DNA of 18,724 nt. Origin: a virus (lineage: Duplodnaviria > Heunggongvirae > Uroviricota > Caudoviricetes). The notes under the pieces are model-generated. The model saw nothing but the letters and a program-made list of their open reading frames with translations. It was not told where the DNA came from and made no database searches. The stretch covers positions 1 through 18,724 of IMG/VR virus record IMGVR_UViG_2734482772_000011, one strand, 5' to 3'. Shown here piece by piece: positions 8,983 to 16,212 of the stretch (its first letter is position 1; each line of letters opens with the position of its first letter). The position numbers and the translations under genes were made by a program.

Positions 8983-9279
8983 TCAGAATTGCATATCAAT
9001 TTGCTTAGAGTCCCCGGCGGCCACCGGGGATTTTTTCTTTGTGATTCCATCAAGCGCATACTTAAAAGCCCTACTAATCGGACTGATGTCTGATGCCATT
9101 CCGAAAGCACACAAGACTGAAGCAATAAATCTCCAGTCCGTTCTGCTTATCTTCGATTCATGACAGCCAATCATCTTTGCCAGACCGCGCTGAGTAAGCG
9201 TTGACAGGTTGATAAGTAAATCTGTTTCTGCGCGATCAACGTCGCGCTGTGATAGTTTGCTGTAACTTGTTCGTTCCAT
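8983..9279 (-). CDS. cII: CII-like transcriptional activator
   Basis: Track ORF 98 aa; HTH region and C-terminus [18 protein letters not shown] resembling lambda CII (KKRPAATERSEQIQMEF) by recall; position between cro and O. Confidence 0.75.
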   Translation of the reverse strand: MERTSYSKLSQRDVDRAETDLLINLSTLTQRGLAKMIGCHESKISRTDWRFIASVLCAFGMASDISPISRAFKYALDGITKKKSPVAAGDSKQIDMQF

Positions 9280-9364
9280 TTCTTAAGATTTCCAATAGTG
9301 AATAGCTAGTTGAAAGGTATGCGTGGAAACGCATATGGCCTTAGTTGGTCAAATATCTTGGAAC

Positions 9365-9410
9365 TCGCTTTTCAGCGACGTAGGACGAATGTCCGTTGTT
9401 ACAAAGAGCG
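9365..9410 (-). promoter_or_regulatory. nutR (boxA + boxB)
   Basis: On - strand: boxA CGCUCUUUGUAACAA (9410-9396), then boxB hairpin UCGCU-GAAA-AGCGA (9378-9365); same architecture as the nutL candidate. Confidence 0.55.
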
Positions 9411-9420
9411 GCTCCGCTTA

Positions 9421-9636
9421 TTAAGCGGCTTTGTGTTCCGGCGGGAACACGTCATCAAGACTTACTTTTGCGCCTAACTTATTTAGGCACGCAACAAGAG
9501 CACGGCATGTTTTAAGGTCTGGGAAGCGACGACCAGATTCCCAATGTCCGATAGCTCCCTGTGTGCATCCAACTGCCTTAGCAAGTGTTGTTTGAGAGAT
9601 ATTCAGTGACTCTCGATATTTTCGTAGGTTGCTCAT
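9421..9636 (-). CDS. cro: Cro-like repressor (HTH_XRE)
   Basis: Track ORF; start at MSNLRKYRESL (ATG 9636-9634) with SD GGAGG 5 nt upstream; HTH ISQTTLAKAVGCTQGAIGHWESG; divergent from cI. Confidence 0.75.
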   Translation of the reverse strand: MSNLRKYRESLNISQTTLAKAVGCTQGAIGHWESGRRFPDLKTCRALVACLNKLGAKVSLDDVFPPEHKAA

Positions 9637-9752
9637 ATGCCCTCCATAGTAACCTCGAATAAAAAATACAATATGTACTTTCCAAATACAAGCAAAAATA
9701 CACATTGTGCATGGATGGTTCCAGTACAGAGCGTAATAATAAGGACATGAAA
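9637..9752. promoter_or_regulatory. OR region (divergent PR/PRM with operator sites)
   Basis: Intergenic between divergent cro and cI; near-palindromic sites TACAATATGTAC (9667-9678) and TACACATTGTGC (9699-9710); the first recurs near pL. Confidence 0.6.
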
Positions 9753-10406
9753 ATGAAATGGTATGAACTGGCTAGATCCAGAATGAAAGAGCTCGGCATA
9801 ACTCAAGAGAAGTTAGCCGAAGAGCTAGGTATGACGCAGGGTGGGATTGGACACTGGTTGCGCGGATCTCGTCATCCATCTCTTAGTGATATTGGTGTGG
9901 TGTTTAAATACCTTGGTATTGATAACATATCATTCAACCACGACGGGACATTTTCACCTGTTGGCGAATACTCATCGGCCCCAGTTAAAAAACAATATGA
10001 GTACCCTGTATTTTCTCATGTTCAGGCTGGGATGTTCTCTCCAGAACTCAGAACCTTTACCAAAGGCGATGCGGAGAGATTGGTAAGCACAACCAAAAAA
10101 GCCAGTGACTCTGCATTCTGGCTTGAGGTTGAAGGTAACTCAATGACCGCACCAACAGGTTCCAAACCCAGTTTTCCTGACGGGATGTTAATTCTGGTTG
10201 ACCCTGAGCAAGCTGTTGAGCCCGGCGATTTCTGCATAGCCAGACTTGGTGGTGATGAATTTACCTTCAAGAAACTGATCAGGGATAGCGGTCAGGTGTT
10301 TTTACAACCACTAAACCCACAGTACCCAATGATCCCATGCAATGAGAGTTGTTCCGTTGTGGGGAAAGTTATCGCCAGCCAGTGGCCTGAAGAGACGTTT
10401 GGGTGA
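9753..10406 (+). CDS. cI: CI repressor (HTH + LexA/S24-like autopeptidase)
   Basis: Track ORF; start at ATG 9753 (SD AAGGA 7 nt upstream); N-terminal HTH ([20 protein letters not shown]), C-terminal S24 motifs (GNSM ... FKKL). Confidence 0.9.
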   Translation: MKWYELARSRMKELGITQEKLAEELGMTQGGIGHWLRGSRHPSLSDIGVVFKYLGIDNISFNHDGTFSPVGEYSSAPVKKQYEYPVFSHVQAGMFSPELRTFTKGDAERLVSTTKKASDSAFWLEVEGNSMTAPTGSKPSFPDGMLILVDPEQAVEPGDFCIARLGGDEFTFKKLIRDSGQVFLQPLNPQYPMIPCNESCSVVGKVIASQWPEETFG

Positions 10407-10472
10407 TATATGTGAAATGCATATATTGATATAAATGCAGCAATATCAAATAGTTAAAAGGTTATATTTTTA

Positions 10473-10853
10473 ATGAATGATCTTGATAAGAAAAAGTACG
10501 ACCAAGTTATTGATTCTGTGAACTTCGCCCTTAGATCGTTGTCAGAGTTATTCGAAGCCCATGGAATGCATGGGATGTATGATCTAACGAATCCAAGCCT
10601 TGATGAGCTAAAATTAGTGTTTACAAGGATGAAAAACGGTGTTGACTCTATTGCTCAAAGCTTTGAGCACATGGTAGAGACAGCAAAGGATATGGATGCC
10701 GCAAGTGCAAGCATAAATGTTATGAACATCAAACAAGGATTGATGTATGCTGAATCACTATTGCTTGCTGTAGAGAAATTAGACTATGATAAATGTGTGG
10801 AAGCAAATACGCAGATAAAAACCCACGATCTTCCACCAACCCAATGGCCTTAA
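10473..10853 (+). CDS. hypothetical protein, AT-rich accessory gene in the rexA position
   Basis: Track ORF 126 aa co-oriented with and downstream of cI; A/T-rich codons by eye; acidic, no obvious TM segment; no family recognised. Confidence 0.6.
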   Translation: MNDLDKKKYDQVIDSVNFALRSLSELFEAHGMHGMYDLTNPSLDELKLVFTRMKNGVDSIAQSFEHMVETAKDMDAASASINVMNIKQGLMYAESLLLAVEKLDYDKCVEANTQIKTHDLPPTQWP

Positions 10854-10921
10854 TAGTAAATCAAGATTTCATATAGTCTATTTGAACTAGGCTAGTACCA
10901 TAAAATAAACCGAGGAAACGC

Positions 10922-11023
10922 AATGAAAACCATGTCTACTCTGCACAAAGATGCAATGACCCTGAGATCTCTCATTAACGAGATTCTGGCTCGCTCGTCA
11001 GCACACACCAAAAAAGCCGCATA
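10922..11023 (+). CDS. small peptide ORF (33 aa)
   Basis: Hand-translated: MKTMSTLHKDAMTLRSLINEILARSSAHTKKAA; SD GAGG 7 nt upstream; followed 11 nt later by an intrinsic terminator. Confidence 0.35.
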
Positions 11024-11034
11024 ATGCCTACATA

Positions 11035-11060
11035 ACCCGGCCTCAGCGCCGGGTTTTCTT
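11035..11060 (+). terminator. intrinsic terminator ending the cI operon (tImm analog)
   Basis: CCCGGC-CTCAGC-GCCGGG hairpin followed by TTTTCTTT. Confidence 0.7.
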
Positions 11061-11245
11061 TGCCTCACCCCCCACCTAAAGACACATAACCAAATGTATT
11101 TATTGAAAAATAAATAGATACAACTCACTAAACCACGCAATTCTGATCTCTCCTTACATCGCCGAGGCGATACACCCACGCTAAAAAACAACACTATTAA
11201 ATACAAAGTGTTATAAAAAATCACCCCATTTTAGAACAAATCGTA

Positions 11246-11274
11246 TTGACCCAATAAAGTACATATCGTACTAT
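11246..11274 (+). promoter_or_regulatory. pL-like promoter with overlapping operator
   Basis: -35 TTGACC (11246-11251), 17-nt spacer, -10 TACTAT (11269-11274); revcomp of 11259-11270 is TACGATATGTAC, 11/12 identical to OR site 9667-9678. Confidence 0.5.
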
Positions 11275-11319
11275 TTAACCGTCAGCAGGACGCTGGAAGC
11301 CAAACGGAACAGACTGGCA

Positions 11320-11366
11320 GGCTCTTTAAACAACGTCGAACTCTCGACTACGTGGCTGAAAAGCCA
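11320..11366 (+). promoter_or_regulatory. nutL (boxA + boxB)
   Basis: boxA GGCTCTTTAAACAA (11320-11333) then boxB hairpin TGGCT-GAAA-AGCCA (11353-11366), about 100 nt upstream of the N start. Confidence 0.6.
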
Positions 11367-11464
11367 GATCACCCAACCACATGAGCTGTGGGATGCAATG
11401 CCGAAGCAACCGTCTCAGGAGGAGCTTCGAGATTGCATCACCAAAGTTTATTCGGGAGGAATCT

Positions 11465-11787
11465 ATGTCCAGAAAAACAGAATTTAAAGGCACCTCAGCT
11501 TCTCGTCGTAGAGCTCGTCGCGCAAACCTGCAAAGTCAGGAGGCGATTAGCTCCGACAAGCTACACAGACCAACCCCCTCTCGAGTGGTCTTGCAATGCA
11601 AGCGCAAACCAGCAATGAGAGCAGAAGTAATAACACTGACAACGTTGACCAGAAAATATGAAGGCTCAACTTGTCTTCCAAATGTAGCTCTTTACGCGGC
11701 AGGCTACAGGAAATCAAAACAACTGACAGCAAGGTGACTTGTGTTGGTCGCCAGAAAATAAAATTAGGCAGCAAACCACTTATTTGA
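11465..11787 (+). pseudogene. N: N-like antiterminator interrupted by an apparent 1-bp deletion (or sequencing error)
   Basis: ATG 11465 (SD GGAGG) opens frame with arginine-rich motif TSASRRRARRANLQ and stops at TGA 11735-11737; the conserved N C-terminus VTCVGRQKIKLGSKPLI is in the -1 frame, ending at 11787; adding one A to the A4 run at 11716-11719 fuses them into a 107-aa protein. Confidence 0.6.
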
Positions 11788-11795
11788 GGTGATAT

Positions 11796-12245
11796 ATGGA
11801 AGAACAAGCAAACAAGATTCTCGTAGAACTATTGCAAAAAGCCAGTAATGGAATAGACGCGGCTGTTTCATTTAGCCAGGCACAGATTCCTGATGTTATC
11901 CATCAGTTGCTGCTATGGAATATGGTTGACAGTCTGATTAAAACATTAATAGCCATTCTAACAATCCCACTGGTTTTCTGGTTTATGAAGAAGCAGTGCC
12001 AAAGAGTTGAGATAGGTAAAATCGGTAATGAAGGATATTCATGGGAGAAGGGAAATCCCAAATACAGGCCGACAATGGTTTGGGATAGCAAAGGTGATAT
12101 TGATCTTCTTATCATGCCATTGGTTGGAGTTTTGACTCTGTGGGGGATTTTTATTATTGGTGCAGTAACCAATATGACTTGGTTAAAAATTTGGCTGGCC
12201 CCAAAGCTTTACCTTATCGAATATGCAGCATCATTGGTTAAGTAA
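11796..12245 (+). CDS. hypothetical two-TM membrane protein (sieB-position accessory gene)
   Basis: Track ORF 149 aa; SD GAGGTG upstream; two hydrophobic segments (LIKTLIAILTIPLVFWFM and LLIMPLVGVLTLWGIFIIGAV); AT-rich by eye; between N and tL1-like terminator. Confidence 0.6.
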   Translation: MEEQANKILVELLQKASNGIDAAVSFSQAQIPDVIHQLLLWNMVDSLIKTLIAILTIPLVFWFMKKQCQRVEIGKIGNEGYSWEKGNPKYRPTMVWDSKGDIDLLIMPLVGVLTLWGIFIIGAVTNMTWLKIWLAPKLYLIEYAASLVK

Positions 12246-12248
12246 TTT

Positions 12249-12274
12249 CAGGCCGCATAGTCGGCCTTTATTTT
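12249..12274 (+). terminator. intrinsic terminator (tL1 analog)
   Basis: AGGCCG-CATAGT-CGGCCT hairpin followed by TTATTTTT. Confidence 0.7.
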
Positions 12275-12394
12275 TGGCATAAACAACAGAATAAACACTG
12301 CACTGTGTATTCATTCCAACGAGTGAATACACGGAGCAATGTCGCTCGTAACTAAACAGGAGCCGACTTGTTCTGATTATTGGAAATCTTCTTT

Positions 12395-12418
12395 GCCCTC
12401 CAGTGTGAGGGCTTTTTT
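12395..12418 (+). terminator. intrinsic terminator (tL2 analog)
   Basis: GCCCTC-CAGTGT-GAGGGC hairpin followed by TTTTTT. Confidence 0.75.
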
Positions 12419-12484
12419 ATATGCATACCAATAACGCTTCACTCGAGGCGTTTTCGTTATGCAATCAAATATAAGGAGTTACCC

Positions 12485-12619
12485 ATGATGCACTTTCAGC
12501 TCGCGGGTAGCGGCGTCATGTCCGCTTTCTACCCGCACGAATCTGAATTATCACGCCGAGTTAAACAATTAATCAGAGCAGCAAAGAAACAACTGGAGGC
12601 GTTATGCGCAATGAAATAG
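12485..12619 (+). CDS. cIII: CIII-like protein (FtsH inhibitor)
   Basis: In-frame part of track ORF 12380..12619 downstream of the terminator; ATG 12485 with SD AAGGAG 6 nt upstream; AGSGVMSAFYPHESELSRRVKQLIRAAKKQL resembles the lambda CIII helix region by recall. Confidence 0.55.
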   Translation: MMHFQLAGSGVMSAFYPHESELSRRVKQLIRAAKKQLEALCAMK

Positions 12620-12756
12620 CCATTAATCACCAGATGCTTCGTGCTGCACAGAACAAAGCAGTAATAGCCCGATTTATTGGTGATTCAAAAATGTGGCTTG
12701 AAGCAAATAAAGCGATGAAATCAGCTATCAACCTTCCGTGGTATCGCAGGAAATGA
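12604..12756 (+). CDS. Kil-like small protein
   Basis: Hand-translated 50 aa: MRNEIAINHQMLRAAQNKAVIARFIGDSKMWLEANKAMKSAINLPWYRRK; start overlaps cIII end; FIGD.KM motif and position recall lambda Kil (low certainty). Confidence 0.4.
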   Translation: MRNEIAINHQMLRAAQNKAVIARFIGDSKMWLEANKAMKSAINLPWYRRK

Positions 12757-12837
12757 GTTTTACAGATAACTGGTCAGACGAAGAATTCATTCGTCAGATG
12801 AAAGAAATGCTCAATCAGCACAAAGAACAGGAGAAAG

Positions 12838-13149
12838 ATGATGATTCTGACTCTGAATGATAAGCGTGAAATATCGCAAATAATCGCAAGTTTTACTGAT
12901 GAAGATTACGAACGAATCAACAGTGAAGTTGATCGCCTCTGCAAACGTTGCGACCCAATAAGCGAAATGCTTCGCTCATATAAACCAGATGAACACACTA
13001 AGGACGCTATCGACTGGCTGGAAGATGATGACTGTAACTATCAGGAAAAAGCCGCTGAATGGTTCTGGGATGCAATAACCGAAAGAGTTAAGGCTGAATA
13101 TGCCTTCGCAATATTCAAACGCAGACACATTTTTGGAGAAGCTGCATGA
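12838..13149 (+). CDS. hypothetical protein upstream of recombinase
   Basis: Track ORF 103 aa, acidic, ends 4 bp into the RecT start; no family recognised. Confidence 0.5.
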   Translation: MMILTLNDKREISQIIASFTDEDYERINSEVDRLCKRCDPISEMLRSYKPDEHTKDAIDWLEDDDCNYQEKAAEWFWDAITERVKAEYAFAIFKRRHIFGEAA

Positions 13150-14057
13150 GCAATATCGTTGAATTCGTTAAACAGCAGGAGCAGTTATTCTGCGGAGCAT
13201 TGACTGAACAGACGGTGACATGGGCTAAGGAAAGCCAGTTTGCAATTCAGTATTTCCAGAAAAACGATTACCTGGCTAAAACAGCACTGGCAAATCCAAC
13301 CAGCGCACAGAACGCCATCATCAATGTTGCGGCGATCGGCATCACCTTAAACCCGGCCAGCAAACTGGCTTATCTGGTTCCGCGCGACGGCATGGTGTGC
13401 CTTGATATCAGTTATATGGGATTGCTCCATATTGCAATGGAGTCTGGTGTTATCTCATGGGGTCAGGCAAAACTTGTTCATGCTAACGATACCTATGAGT
13501 CAAACGGGCTTGATAAAGCACCAACCCATAAATACAACGCCTTCGGTGATCGTGGTGATATCGTTGGCGTTTACTGCACAGTTAAGACGCCAGCAGGTGA
13601 TTATCTAACGGAAGAGATGAGTCTGGCTGAAATTGAGGCTGTAAGGAAAACAAGCAAGGCGGCCTTCAGCGATAAAGGACCATGGGTAAATCACTGGAAT
13701 GAGATGGCGCGAAAGACGGTCGTAAAGCGTGCAAGCAAGTATTGGCCTAAGGCATCACGTCTTGATAGTGCTATTCACGTACTAAACGAAGAAGAAGGTG
13801 TGTGGACTGAACCAGTTATGCCGCACAAATCAGAGGAAGATATCCGCGAAGATGAACGGAAACGCCAGCAGGAAATAACGGATAAAGCACAACTTCTTTG
13901 TGATGAAATGGCTCAGGCAGAAAACATGGATGATTTGAAGCGATATTTTGCAGAAGCATATCGCCTGACATCTGGAATGAAATTGCAGCAGAACGTACAA
14001 GCCATTTACGCAGAATGCAAAGCGAAACTGGAGGTTGCCAGTGAGCAAACTGTATGA
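13146..14057 (+). CDS. recT: RecT-family single-strand annealing recombinase
   Basis: Track ORF 303 aa; segment KGPWVNHWNEMARKTVVKRASKYWP resembles the RecT core (GPWVTHWEEMAKKTAIRR) by recall. Confidence 0.8.
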   Translation: MSNIVEFVKQQEQLFCGALTEQTVTWAKESQFAIQYFQKNDYLAKTALANPTSAQNAIINVAAIGITLNPASKLAYLVPRDGMVCLDISYMGLLHIAMESGVISWGQAKLVHANDTYESNGLDKAPTHKYNAFGDRGDIVGVYCTVKTPAGDYLTEEMSLAEIEAVRKTSKAAFSDKGPWVNHWNEMARKTVVKRASKYWPKASRLDSAIHVLNEEEGVWTEPVMPHKSEEDIREDERKRQQEITDKAQLLCDEMAQAENMDDLKRYFAEAYRLTSGMKLQQNVQAIYAECKAKLEVASEQTV

Positions 14058-14523
14058 AATTGCCAATGAATACGCAAAGCTGATGGATTCAGATTTAGAA
14101 CCAGAGATGATTGCTGACACAATAGAAGGCATGGAAGGAGAATTTACCGATAAAATAGAGCAACTTCTTGCCATTATTAAAAATGAATCTGGTTATGCTG
14201 AATGCCTCAAGGAAGAGGCAAAGTCACTAAATGAACGAGCCGCAGTAATTCAAAATAAGATTGACAACATTATGGCGTATATAGCGTCATCGCTTGAAAT
14301 GGTTGGCAAGAAAAAGATTCGAGCAGGTATTCACCAGGTAACAATCCGCAAACCGTCAGAAACTGTAGAAATCATCGACTCAAGCGCCATTCCTCCTGAA
14401 TACGTTGAGTTTGAAACGACAATTAAAGCCGACAAGTTGGCAATCAAACACCAACTAAAAGCAGGAATAAATATCCCCGGCGCTCAACTCAAAGTTGGGA
14501 AACCTTCACTTCTTATCAAATAA
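14041..14523 (+). CDS. Gp157-family protein (Siphovirus Gp157-like)
   Basis: Track ORF; GTG 14041 with SD GGAGG 6 nt upstream preferred over track TTG 14035; family call from recalled pattern and recombinase adjacency, not verified. Confidence 0.5.
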   Translation: MSKLYEIANEYAKLMDSDLEPEMIADTIEGMEGEFTDKIEQLLAIIKNESGYAECLKEEAKSLNERAAVIQNKIDNIMAYIASSLEMVGKKKIRAGIHQVTIRKPSETVEIIDSSAIPPEYVEFETTIKADKLAIKHQLKAGINIPGAQLKVGKPSLLIK

Positions 14524-14534
14524 CGGTATCGCCT

Positions 14535-14849
14535 ATGAAAAAGACTCCATGGGAGAAATGGGAAGTCGATTTCTTACGCGAAGTAGCGGCGACAATGCCA
14601 GTTGAAGTTATCGCTGAAAAACTGGAAAGGACTGAAAAAGCAGTAATGGCGAAAGCAACAAGGATTGGCGCTGACATTGTTAGCCGACTTCGTGGAAGAC
14701 GATGGACAAGAGCCGAAGTATCACTTTTCGGTAAGTTCTCCGCAGAAGAAATAGCAATTGCAACCTGCCGCTCAATTTATTCAGTAAGAGCTATGCGATA
14801 CAAGCTAAAAAAACTCGATGAAGAAAGAGCAGGCATACGAATAAATTAA
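14535..14849 (+). CDS. hypothetical protein with internal tandem helical repeat
   Basis: Track ORF 104 aa; two ~35-aa repeats each starting with W and acidic residues (WEKWEVDFLREVAATMP... and WTRAEVSLFGKFSAEEIA...). Confidence 0.5.
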   Translation: MKKTPWEKWEVDFLREVAATMPVEVIAEKLERTEKAVMAKATRIGADIVSRLRGRRWTRAEVSLFGKFSAEEIAIATCRSIYSVRAMRYKLKKLDEERAGIRIN

Positions 14850-14865
14850 CATGGAGTAATTAACA

Positions 14866-15147
14866 ATGAAGCTAAACATAGACCTAGGCAAATATGTTAT
14901 TACCGGAACCAAACACGATCTGATTCTTAGCGAAAGAGGAATTCTCAAAGAAGGCGAGAATGCAGGGAAAGAAACACTAAGCCGTATCGGTTATTACAGC
15001 AAGTTTGAGCATCTGGTTAAAGAATTATGCAACCGTGAAATCCTGTTATCTCAGGCGCAGACGCTACAGGATATTCAGCAACATATCGAGACTTTAGGTG
15101 TGTCACTTAGCATGGCTGTTGACCAGTTCGTGGAGAGTAAATCATGA
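14866..15147 (+). CDS. hypothetical protein
   Basis: Track ORF 93 aa in a co-directional operon; no family recognised. Confidence 0.45.
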   Translation: MKLNIDLGKYVITGTKHDLILSERGILKEGENAGKETLSRIGYYSKFEHLVKELCNREILLSQAQTLQDIQQHIETLGVSLSMAVDQFVESKS

Positions 15148-15311
15148 GAGGACTTGCATACAATCCCGGCATTCTTCCGGCAGAAATGATTATTCGTCAA
15201 CGCGTAAAGCCAATGCCATCGAGAGAGGAATTGCTTAAGAGAAAGAGTTTCGGTTCTGTTAATGACAACAAATATCTGAATGCGATGTGGCGTAAAGGAG
15301 GCAACCAGTGA
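15144..15311 (+). CDS. small hypothetical protein (55 aa)
   Basis: Hand-translated: ATG 15144 overlaps upstream stop (ATGA); [55 protein letters not shown]. Confidence 0.4.
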   Translation: MRGLAYNPGILPAEMIIRQRVKPMPSREELLKRKSFGSVNDNKYLNAMWRKGGNQ

Positions 15312-15562
15312 GTAATTCAGCACGACTACAGCTTGGTTTTTCACCGCTATCAAAAACTATCATGCTGGCAAAAATGCGCGATGTTGAAGGTGGACGTATG
15401 CGCGTTGGCAATGATCCAGGTCGTGATGTTACCAATGAGGCCGCTCAATTGGTGTGGCGACTGGTCATGGCTGAAGGTGGTGAGATAGTGTGGGAGCTGG
15501 ATGATGGTTCTCGCATGGTGTTGAAGGCAGAAAAGCAGGAGGCAACCAGTGAGCAAGATTGA
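15308..15562 (+). CDS. hypothetical protein
   Basis: Track ORF 84 aa; GTG start overlapping upstream stop (GTGA) with AGGAGG 6 nt upstream. Confidence 0.45.
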   Translation: MSNSARLQLGFSPLSKTIMLAKMRDVEGGRMRVGNDPGRDVTNEAAQLVWRLVMAEGGEIVWELDDGSRMVLKAEKQEATSEQD

Positions 15563-16211
15563 CTATCAGGCACTGCGTGAGTTAGCAAAACAGGCAACAC
15601 AGGGTGAATGGGTCGCATTTATTTCGCCGGGCAAATACGGCACGTACGCCGTACACACACCAGGTGATAATCATCACGGAGATATTGTCGACTGGCCAGG
15701 ATTCGACGAACAGAAAAACGCAGAGAACAACGCTCGTTATATCGCAGCTTTCAACCCTGAAGTAGTGCAGGCGCTGCTGGATGAACGGGAAAGAAACCAG
15801 CAATACATCAAATCACGCGACCAGGAGAACGAGGAAATTGCGCTAACGGTAGGGAAGCTGCGTGTTGAGCTGGAAGCCGCAGAGAAGCGCAACGCAAAAT
15901 TACAAAGCGAGAATGCATACATCCGCAACCGGTTCAAAGAACTGGACCTGTTAATCGGGAAAAACATTCTGGTCATGCAGGCTGCCATTATAGAATGGCA
16001 GGCAACTGGCGACGCTAAGAGCGGACTGGCATGGATTTATAACACACTGTTTGACCCAGGCGAATTGCCGGACGAATCTGAGAAAGATGCTCAGGCCTAC
16101 TTTAATCGCAAATATGCACCGATTGACGAAAAGCTTATGGAGCTTCACGAGTGGTTTTGGGAACAAAGTAAAGCCGAGCGCGCCGCTGGCATTCGCATCA
16201 AAGGAGAGTGA
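15549..16211 (+). CDS. Ead/Ea22-like protein
   Basis: Track ORF 220 aa; N-terminus [22 protein letters not shown] typical of the Ead/Ea22-like family by recall; coiled-coil-like middle. Confidence 0.7.
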   Translation: MSKIDYQALRELAKQATQGEWVAFISPGKYGTYAVHTPGDNHHGDIVDWPGFDEQKNAENNARYIAAFNPEVVQALLDERERNQQYIKSRDQENEEIALTVGKLRVELEAAEKRNAKLQSENAYIRNRFKELDLLIGKNILVMQAAIIEWQATGDAKSGLAWIYNTLFDPGELPDESEKDAQAYFNRKYAPIDEKLMELHEWFWEQSKAERAAGIRIKGE

Positions 16212-16212
16212 T

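Noticed and set aside
8895-9125. 76-aa - strand ORF
   Set aside because: Alternate frame overlapping cII; the cII frame has the recognisable homology.
9319-9334. Hairpin ATGCGT-GGAA-ACGCAT between nutR and cII as an intrinsic tR1
   Set aside because: Short 6-bp stem and weak U tract on the - strand; lambda tR1 is rho-dependent, so an intrinsic-terminator call is not supported.
10892-11224. 110-aa - strand ORF
   Set aside because: Spans the cI-operon terminator and the pL region on the antisense strand; implausible hydrophobic/Cys-rich translation.
11381-11464. Upstream ATG 11381 as N start
   Set aside because: No SD, and it would place boxB only 15 nt upstream; ATG 11465 has a GGAGG SD and puts the arginine-rich motif near the N-terminus.
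12380-12484. N-terminal extension of the cIII ORF as given by the track
   Set aside because: Uses a TTG start and reads through the intrinsic terminator at 12395-12418; ATG 12485 with SD AAGGAG is the credible start.
16051-16212. Extended start of the DUF551-like ORF
   Set aside because: Would overlap the Ead/Ea22-like gene by about 160 nt; ATG 16213 with SD AAGGAG sits right after that gene's stop.
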